A DNA stretch of 61,028 nucleotides, counting the filler, from Jimgerdemannia flammicorona (lineage: Eukaryota): the NCBI GenBank assembly GCA_003990765.1. It is 3 parts of 3 records of this genome, joined end to end, with 100 filler letters (N's around TTAATTAATTAA, not from the genome) between each part and the next. Parts side by side here need not be neighbours in the genome. Positions count along the whole stretch, not along the records: positions 20,382 to 40,658 come from RBNJ01001718.1; 2 more parts are not named here. The stretch is one strand, 5' to 3'. Within the stretch, counting starts at the first letter, position 1; each line of letters opens with the position of its first letter. The translations under genes and the position numbers were made by a program. Below are positions 27,201 through 36,600 of this stretch, one piece after another. Under the pieces are notes generated by a model that did no database searches, was not told the DNA's origin, and saw nothing but the letters and a program-made list of their open reading frames with translations.

Positions 27201-27942
27201 GCATTCCTTTAATTGAGTTCGATATTGGTGATGAAATAGAATACCAAAGGGGACTGGGCCAGGATCTGTGGCCTAGTGGTTGGCAAGGAGTTGGAATTGG
27301 AGAAAAATGGGACTGGCATGGTGTTTGGACTGGAGTGCCACAGTGCAAAAGTGGATACCACTGAAGTACTGGGTGGTCTGATGGTGTATGCTGAGGAGGA
27401 ATATAATGCTCAACTTCCACTCAGGGTACCTTATCATAGGGGGTTGCTTCAACTGTGAGGAGTGCCATAATATAGGGCAGGAAGGGGGCTTTGTACAGAT
27501 GCTAGAACATTGGCTGAGAGAGTGTGAGGTGTTGGGAGACTTTTGGCAGGCTATCAGAGACCACTTGGGGGTGAGGGGTAGGAGAGATGAAGTATGGAGG
27601 AGGTGGGAGGACTTGAGGGATTGATTGGTAGAGAGGGTAGGAAAGGAGTAGCTTACCTTAGGCTGGGTGTTGGCCATTTGGGTGAGACTGGCCAATTACT
27701 GGCTATTTGTTTTTGAGGATGAGAGGAGACAGAGCTTGGGGAGCTGGTTGTTGCAGTGGCAGAGTCTTATAGAAGACACCTTGACAGGCTGGTGGCTTGG
27801 TTGGAGGCTGCAGAGTGGTCAGAGGCACTGCTTGATGGAGAAAATCTGTAAACAGAGTGATAAGAGAGTTGGAGTCATTGGTGAGAGGGTGATCTTTATT
27901 TATGAGGAGGTGGGGAGGGGCTCCCCTATGGGGATTGGGTAG
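24299..27942 (+). pseudogene. LINE ORF2: APE endonuclease, reverse transcriptase and C-terminal CxxC..H..C finger, disrupted
   Basis: SLNVNG, LLQD, GGDFN, SDH (APE); PQGDPLSP and FADD at 26396-26407 (RT); CFNCEEC...EHWLREC. Many TGA/TAG stops. Confidence 0.92.
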
Positions 27943-28031
27943 TAGGTAGTGATACTGTATACTTATTCATAGACTGATAATAAAGACAGAGTCCAAGTGA
28001 CTATAAAAAAAAAAAAAAAAAAAAAAAAAAA

Positions 28032-28768
28032 GGTAATCTATAGTCTGTGAGCTTATAGTTAGTAGATATTAGCAAAAAGTAGAATTGGGCTAAAATCTAA
28101 TTTTAGAGTACTGAGGTATAGTAGTGATTTTTTTCTAAGTTTTAGATAGTGTAGTAGCATATTTTATAGAGAATATTATATGGAACTTTAGGACTAATCA
28201 CTTGGTAGATAGTGGGGTCTTCAAGTGTGAAAAATGTTTCAATATTGAGCAGGAGAAGAGAGTGGTACAGACTCTAGAACATTGGTTAAGAGAGTGTAAG
28301 ATACTTAGTACCTTCTGGAAGATAATTAGAAATTATCTTAAAGTATAGTATTATATTAGTAGGAATATGAAAAGGTGAAATAACCTGAGAGAGAGACTGG
28401 AGGAGAGTGTTGGTAATGAGTAACTTATAATTAGATAGATATTGGTAATATAGATAGAGTTGACTAAATACTAGCAGTATATATTTGAGAATAAGTAACA
28501 GATATTATTAGGAGAGAGGGTAACAAGATGAGAAAGATTAATAGTAGACATACTATCTAATTAGTGGAGAAGATAGGGCTCTAAGAGAAATCACTATAGA
28601 TAACTAGTGAAAAAGATATATAAGAAAAATAAGAGACAGATTGTAGTAGTCAGCAACTTAGTAGTATTTTGAAGAGAAGGTGAGAAAAAGAGAATGAGTA
28701 TTAGAGTAAAATAGAGAGAGATTATAGAGCTACCAATATGAACATATTAAGAAAGAGACCTAGTGCTC

Positions 28769-28803
<35 letters not shown>

Positions 28804-28832
28804 ATTAAAAAAAAAAAAAAAAAAAAAAAAAA
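28032..28832 (+). mobile_element. Older, AT-shifted 3' fragment of the same LINE family with a poly(A) tail
   Basis: 28214-28280 (ggggtcttcaagtgtgaaaaatgtttcaatattgagcaggag...gaacattggttaagagagtgt) matches 27440-27530. Ends in A tracts at 28772-28832. Confidence 0.75.
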
Positions 28833-28959
28833 TAACTAAAAGTTATACTCTTTCTATATAGAATTTAAATATACTATATGAAGTATATTGATAACTACTA
28901 TCAGTATATAATTAAGACTAAAGAGATTTATCATTAAGAAAGAAAAAAATTATTAGAAA

Positions 28960-30180
28960 ATATAAAAATAAAGAGAAAAATCAGTAGAAAATAGTAATGA
29001 TGATGAAGAAATCAAAGTTAAGATTTAGATAATCTACTCTAGTATAGTTCTCAAATCTTAAATATCAATTTTACATATTTGCAATTAGTCTAAAGATACT
29101 ATTTTAAAAGACTATATTAGAATTCTCAAGATAAGAAGTAGTCTAGCTAAGAGTGAAATTTCTATAAAAGAGAAGTTATCAATTTAGATTACATTAAAGA
29201 AGTTCTACTCATTATTAGAAACTATAATTTTACATCTCTTTTATAATTAAGAAAAAAGATTAGCTAGTACAGATGTTAATTCTCTCAATATTACAACCTA
29301 AGATATGAAAGTTAAGAAGTTGGAGGAAATAAAAAAAGAAAGAAAAGAATTTAGATCTATAGGAAGAGAAGTCTTCATTAGTATCAAAATTACTAAATTA
29401 AACTATAAGAAGAAGAGAACTATAGACAAGTATAGTTATATTATTAAAAATGAATATTTTTACTCAAAAAGAAACTTAAGAAGCTACTTCATAAATTTGA
29501 AAATATTCTTATTACTGATTTCAAAAATATATATTAAGAGAAGATATTATATTACTATTATAATATTAATATAAGGAATACTAAAATAATTTATCAAAAG
29601 ATAAGACTAATTCAACTAGTATATTATAGATAACTCAAAAAGAAGATTAAGTAGATAAAAGAAGTTAGTATTATTAATTTATAGTTATTACTAATTATAC
29701 TAACTCTAAAGAAAAAAAATAAGTTAGGAGAATTTGCTTTAAAACTTTATATAGACTATAGAAAGCTCAATAAAGTAACTAAGAAGAACTATTAGCTTCT
29801 ATCTCTTATTAGTGATATCTTATTATATATGTATTAGAAGATAAAGTCTAATATTATACTATCTTAGATTTTTACTCAGAATTTTACCAAATTGGTCTCA
29901 CTAAGAAAGCTAGTAAGAGGTCAGTCTTTATTACTCTAGATAGAATCTATATTTATCTATAAATATTATTTAGAATATATAATATATTTCTAGAAAATAA
30001 TAGATAAGATTTTCTAAAATATATAAATAATATTATTATCTTTAGTAAAATAGTCAAAAAATACCTATACTATATTCAGTAAATTTTAAAAAGATTACAA
30101 AAATATGATCTGTCTATTAAGTTTAAGAAATATAAGTTTATAGAAGTTAAAATTTCCTATCTTAGATATATCATTAATTA
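28960..30180 (+). mobile_element. Extremely AT-rich relic of a family-B-like Gypsy pol (dUTPase-RT region)
   Basis: Alignable by eye to 51870-53160 (e.g. agaattctcaagataagaagtagtc vs agaatcctcaagacaaggagtagcc; gactatagaaagctcaataaagt vs gactatagaagactcaacaaggt). Confidence 0.75.
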
Positions 30181-32169
30181 GACTAAAAGCTATATATATT
30201 CTTATTGTAGAATACTTAAAAGAGCAGAGAGAAGAAAGAGAGTATTGTTTATTGATGCTAACTTATATACTTTTATATATATTGATAATATTTATATAAT
30301 AATATAGTTAGGCTATACTACTATATATTGAGTTACTATAACTAAGATATTTCAATACTCTTGCTCAATGAGATATGTATGTTCTAGAATATGTAAAATA
30401 TGTAAATAAAAGACTAACTAAACATAACTAACTAGATACTATCTAGATGATCAGAAAAGGTTAAAATTCTCTGCTTATAAGTATGAAATTAGATCAAAAA
30501 TATAGTAAAAGACTGATAATATAGATTTAGAATAAAGAAATATAAGCAATATTAGAGAAATATATATAAGATATATAGAAATATAGAGATATATATATAT
30601 GTAAGATGTGGTAGAAGACTTTTAGAAGTCAGAAAGGTTGTATAATTTTTATCAAAATACTTAAATATTGATTATTGATATATAGTTTCTATTAATATAG
30701 AGTTACCTGTTATAAGTTCTATTCCTTATATATATAAGCCAAACTTTGTCTTTAAAAGGACTTTAGTCAATAAATCTACTATTATATACTTTATTAGAAT
30801 GTATTCTAGATATATAGTACTATTTTCCATACATTCTCATACAAAATAATGCTGTATATCAATATGCTTCATTCTAGTATAATATATAGGGTTCTTTACT
30901 ATAGCAATCATAGACTAATTATCTTATTGGAGTAGTATAGAGTACTATTGATCATATTCTAACTTCTTTAGAAGTTTTCAAAGCTACATATATAGCTTTC
31001 TTTATTACTATAGATAATACTTGATACTCTACTTATATAGATGATATTACCACTGAAGATTACTTATATGTTTGTTTTGAAATAGCTCTATTTTTACTGA
31101 TTTTAAAGAGATATCTAGTTGTAGAATACCAAATGTCAAGATCTTTAACTCAGTCTATATTATATATACTAGATAATCTTATAATACTCTCACTTGATCC
31201 ATTATCATCACTTAAATATAGTATATAGTATGCTATATCTTTGATATACCTTACTTAATTGTCATCTAATATAAATTATCATAGCAGAATGAGTATTATA
31301 CTACTTTGTTAGCTATATATAATATATATTGTGGCGTTGGTTATGTATAATAAACTTCGACTGCATGGCTCAATGTGTGCCACTTGGTGGAGTGTGTGAT
31401 GGATATGAGTGCATTGGTGACGTTCGCAGGTCGATAGTCACGTGATTGGGTCATTCAAAACATGTGATAATAGCAGGACTTTGATTATTCAATGATGGTG
31501 GCTCAATTGTTTAGTGAAAAGGCATTTTCCTGGTGGCAATTAACTTGGTGGCAAACTTGAATTTATGTGGTGATGACAGGCTTGCTCTTTGTGCAGTCAA
31601 TTAAAGCAGGCGATGGTCTTGACTTTAAGCGGTTCATGGCGTAGTAGGTCGGGAAAATGGAGGTTGATGGCTCACTCGTCCATCTAACTTGTTAACTTGA
31701 GGGTGAGTTTACTGGGGTCCTTGGCAGTTGTTCTTGCTAGCTGGCGGGTCTTGTATTGGTATCCTTGAGTTCCTTGGCTTTTCGGGGTCTTGAATCTCGA
31801 ATGGCAGTGAATGGCGGTCTCGAATGGTGACGGTTCTTGAATCCTTGGCTGGGTCTCAGGTCTCGAATGGTGGCGGTCGGGTAACGTTTTCTTTCTGTGG
31901 CCAGAGAAAATTCTTTAACTCAAACCTCGAGCAATCATTACTCTAGTTATCTTGTTCTCAGAATTTATCTGGTCTCTTGGAGGCAGTGGTTATTTCTCAA
32001 AATCAATTGACTGAGGTTTATTCACTCTAAGAATATGGGTTATTTATACAAGTTTGCTAGCTATGGGAGAGGGGGGCACGACTAAGGCTAAGGTATACTA
32101 CATTGTGGCGAACTTATGCTATTGGTTTGCACGATGCGAGGTGCAGGCTATTGTTTACTATGGATTGGG

Positions 32170-32415
32170 TTGTAGGGGATAGCAACACTGGATTCAGACT
32201 TGCTGACAAAATGCTGAAAATGGTGGCACTGGATAGCAATGCTGAAAACGGTTGTGCTGGGTAGCAATGCTGAATTCGGATGAGCTGACATGATATGATG
32301 ATTGTTGCCAGAAACGGTTGTAGAGGGTGGCAATGCTGAATTCGGATCTGCTGACAAGATGCTGAAAATGGTAGTACTGGATAGCAATGCTGGAAACGGA
32401 CTTGCTGACAAAAGC
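32170..32415. repeat. Degenerate tandem repeats in U3 of the family A LTR
   Basis: Recurring ggatagcaatgctgaa / gctgacaa units; related repeats at 57690-57890 in the other LTR copy. Confidence 0.7.
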
Positions 32416-32443
32416 TGGGTTCTCACGGCTGATGGGCAGTACT

Positions 32444-33430
32444 CTAGAGGAAATGGTACCCTTCGTCCATGGTGGGCAAATCTTGCTGGGTTGTGATTTC
32501 TTCTTCATCATATCTCTCCTCAAAGGGGGGAAGCACTGGCCAAGAGGTGAGGGGGTAGAAAAGTGGCCAGTCATCTTCAACAACATTCTCCAACCCTTGA
32601 ACAGCTTGAATGTGGACAGAGGACTGGTAGACTCTCTGTTGCTCCTCTTCTTCTTCTGAAGACTCATCAGTTTCAGTGTCAGAGGGGATTTCTTCAGGGG
32701 CAGGGCCTTGGAGTTCTTGGGCCTCCTCTTTAAAGACAGGAACTTCTTGGGCTTCTTCTTGATTCAGTTCCCAAATGATGAGGTGTGAATTGTGGCTGAC
32801 AAGGTGGTGGGTGATTGGGGTAGCTCCAACAGGTACTTCTACGGTAATGGGCAGTCCTTCAAATATCTCCATAAGGCTTATTAGGTGACCTTGATGGTTG
32901 TCTCGGAGTGGGGTGGTGTGGAAACCTGGCTGAGTAGGTTCGGTTTGTTGGCTTCCTACAGCAATGCAGTTGCTGCCAATAGCATTGGCTACTTCAGATT
33001 CTATCCAGTCAGCATCTTCAGTTGAAAGGTGGGAGAGGCTGCCAGCTGTTACTCCTTGCAAGTGTGCTATAGCCCAAGAAATATGGCGGAAGATTTGATG
33101 GACACAGAGGGCTCTCTTGATTAGCCGGCTGGTGGTTAACATTTCGGCAATGAGGTCTTCCTGGTCACCTTCTTGAGTCTCATTGCGAAGGCGGTGTCTG
33201 ATTTCATAGTCATGCCAGAGGGTCATTCGTTCGGTAGTGTCTTTGAGCTATTGGGTCATTATATACCGGTAGTTGATGAAGTGTCCAAGGTCCTCAGTGT
33301 AGAAGTTCAAGTATTCGGAAGTATCTGGGTGCCAGATGGCCTTCTTGATAGCTTCAAAGATCAGGGTCTTTGGGCCAGGCAAAGGGGTAGAGCGGCGGGA
33401 GGTCTGGTTGGTTCGGCGAATGAGAGGCAT
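32444..33430 (-). CDS. LTR(U3)-encoded ORF of unknown function, ~329 codons with one in-frame TAG (33248-33250)
   Basis: ORFs 33248-33505 and 32444-33226 are in the same frame, 7 codons apart. A homologous, disrupted copy lies at 56723-57615. Confidence 0.65.
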
Positions 33431-33698
33431 TGTATGGTGGGTACTTGGTTCTTTGGTGCCGATCCTTGAGGTGGAGTATGGTTCCTTAAATAACGTGGTC
33501 TTCATTTTGGCTCAGATCATCTTGTCTTCTTTTGGGATGATCACCTAATGGATCAGGCTGTCTATTTGATTGTCACGCCATTATGTCATCTGATCTTAGC
33601 AGTCACCGGTACTCTATTGTCAATTGTGTACGTCACATCTGCCCCTTGCAAAATTAGAGCTGTCCTCAGTGGTGAGGGTTACACAGAGTTGGGTGGTC

Positions 33699-36600
33699 TT
33701 AACTCCAGGGACGAGCGGAATGCTGGCACATTTGTGAGGACTGGCCATCCTTGTCTAGGGTGAGGGCTCCCATAGTTGCGGCTGGGGGTTCGAACCCATT
33801 GGAAATAGTATTACTTGTAATCCGAGGCAATTTCTTAGTAACAATGTCTGTCACGTGGATGGGCTTGAGTCTGGTTTCAACGTTGTTGGCTTTCTTGAGT
33901 TCCAAGTGAAACGTCCATCGTATCTCCAGCAGAGATGACACAGACAGAGTGAACAGGATTGTTCAAATGTGTTTTGCTTCTCTTGAGTAGTAGAGTCTTA
34001 TGTGGTTGTGATATATCTTGGTCTTGAGTATAACTCCATCCAAGGTCTTGAGTTGATAAGTGTGGTTTGAGAACACTTGATGTATGAGATAGGGGCCTTC
34101 CCATTTTGGTTCAAGCTTGGCACTCCAATTTCCTTCTATGATGGTACAGTACACCAGAACCTTTTGTCTAATGAGCAGGGGTTCGAGGTCGGCTTTGCGG
34201 TCATAGTACCTCTTTTGTCATTCTTGTGCCTTGGTGATAAATCCTCGTGCTTGCTGGCATATATCGTGTAACCAGGTGATCTCTTCTGTGACTCATTTTG
34301 ACAGATCTAGCTGGACTGGTTCAGTAGGATCTTGTGCTTCTTGGCCATATACCAAATAGAAGGGGGTCTGTTAGGTAGCGGTTACCTTAGAGGTATGGAT
34401 GCTGAACAGAATTGCCAGTAGATAGATGTCCCAGTTTAGTTGATCTCTGGTTCTACTGAGACCTCGCTTGATGGTCTGGTTCATTTGTTCAGTGAGTCCA
34501 TTTACCTGTGGGTGGTAGGCTGTTGTTGGTCATAGCTTGATCTTGAAGTTGCTCGCAAAGGTCTTTATGGCTTGGTTGACGAATTCTTGGCCTTAGTCTG
34601 TAATGATTTCCTTGGGCACACCATGGTGGGTGAAAATTTCATCTTATAGGATCCCAATAATTGTCTGGGCATCGGCAGTCTCAATGGCAAAGGCTTCGGG
34701 CCATTTTGTCAAGTGGTCTTCGATGGTGAGGATGTAGCGTCTTCCTCGGCTGGTTACTGGTAGAGGTCCAATAATGTCTATTCCCAGTCTTTGAAAGACT
34801 CCAGCTGGTGCTGCGATCAGTATTAATGGTGCTCTGTTGGTAGGCTTTTGTCGGTATCTTTGGCAGATATCACATTGTTGAATGTGTGTTGAAATTTGTT
34901 TTCTCATCTTGGGTCACCAGTATCGCTTCTTGATTCTTGCAATTGTGGTACCAATTCCTCGGTATGTATTTTGATCATGATTTGTTGTCAGGATCTTCAA
35001 TATTTCTTCTTCTCTTGGAACTTGAGTGTATTGCTCTCCTTCTACTCTCCAAAGTTTGCCATCACCTTCTTGGAATTTCTTGAAATTCCTTTGGATAAAC
35101 AACTTGTGGGCTGGTTGGATTCCTTTCTTGAAGCTTCTATGGTGTAGACTCTAGGTGAGGGCGAGGCGCAATTCTTGGTTCATTTGGGTGAGCGGGAAGC
35201 AGCCTTCTCTCGTGGGGGCTCCTTCCCTTCTTGTTGGTTTCGCGGAATTCTTGACAGGATATTGATGTTGAAATTCTTAGTACCTTTCTTGTAGACAATA
35301 GTGAACTGATATTCTTGCAGAGACATGATCCATCTAGCGAAGATTCCTGAGGGCTCCGGCTTATTGAACAACTATTGTAGAGCTTGATGGTCAGTGATGA
35401 GGGCAAATCTCTTTCCCAAGAGATAGTGTCAGAAGTGGTCCACAGCCCAAACTACTGCTAGGCATTCCAACTTAGTGGCTCCATAGTTCGCTTGTGTTTC
35501 ATTCGTGGCCTTGCTAGCATATTCAATAACATGCTCCCTCTTCTGGTCATCTTGCTGAGACAGAATTGATCCAAGTCCTAAGGCTGAGGCATCAGTTACC
35601 AGGATGAATGGTTTGCCAAAGTCTGGTCACACCAGGATGGGGGCTTCAGTAAGGGCCTTCTTGAGTAGGTCGAATGACTGTTATTGTTCTTCTTTCCAGT
35701 AGAATGGTTGGTCCTTCTTGGAGATATCTCGGAGAGGTGCTGCCTTATCTGAAAACCTTGGGATGAATTGTTGATAATAGGATGCTAGCATAAGGAAGGA
35801 TAGGGTCTCCTTTGCTGAGGTTGGGGTTGGATAGTTCTTGACTTTCTCCACCTTGCGGGGGTCGGCATGCATTCCTTGAGCTGAGACAACATATCCCAGA
35901 TATTCGACTTGATGTTTTCCGAAGAAGCACTTCTTGGCATTGAGTCTGAGTCCTGAATTTCGAATGGTATTGAATACTTCATGGAGGTCTTGCAAATGCT
36001 GCTTAAATATCTCAGAGTAGATAATGATATCATCTATATACACTAGTACATTTCTTCCAATGAGGTCCCGGTAGACATAGTTCATCATTCGTTGGAATGA
36101 GGCAGGTGCATTGCAGAGTCCAAAGGGCATTCAGAGATATTCATACTGTCCTCATCTGGTAATGAAGGCTGTCTTGCAGATATCTTCTTTGGCAATGGGT
36201 ATTACTTGGAATCCTTGGAACTGGTCAGTAGTGGTCATGTATTTGGCTTTTCTGAGGGCATTGATGAGGTCATCAATTCTTGGCAGTGGGTAGGCATCTT
36301 CTGTAGTAGCTTTGTTGAGTTTTCTGAAATCCATGACTAATCTCCATCCTCCTTTCTTTGGTACTATGATTGCTGGTGAGGCCCAGGGGCTTGATGATGG
36401 TCTGATGACTCCATTTCATAGCATTTCATCTATATGTTGTTGTTCGAATTCAATCAGATGATGTGGTGTTCGGTAGGGTCATTGTTGGATTGGTCTTGCA
36501 TCTCCAGTATATATAGGGTGTTCTCCATATTGATATGGTGAGAAGTTATCATATGTGGTGGTAAATATATCTTTGTACTCCTCTATCAACTCCTGTATTT

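Larger units (their letters stand above)
22163..28031 (+). mobile_element. Full-length L1/Tx1-type non-LTR retrotransposon, copy 1 (inactivated)
   Basis: ORF1 ~22245-24268 and ORF2 ~24299-27942. AATAAA at 27979 and poly(A) at 28005-28031. Collinear with copy 2 at 45767-51654; 5' boundary estimated from similarity to copy 2. Confidence 0.92.
31330..33637 (-). repeat. Family A 3' LTR (~2.3 kb, TGT...ACA), preceded by PPT AAGGGGCAGA
   Basis: On the minus strand it starts TGTGACGTAC at 33637 right after the purine tract and ends ...CGCCACA at 31330. Homologous end to end with 56517-58464, which is followed by a PBS. Confidence 0.85.

Noticed and set aside
24299..27942. Alternative genetic code (TGA/TAG reassigned) to explain the many in-frame stops
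   Set aside because: The stops differ between copies and fall at CGA/CAG/TGG-derived positions; host genes in contig 1 use the standard code.
29305..29574. 89-aa Lys/Ile-rich ORF, or organellar DNA, in the AT-rich block
   Set aside because: The region aligns with decayed Gypsy pol; the ORF is a by-product of AT erosion.
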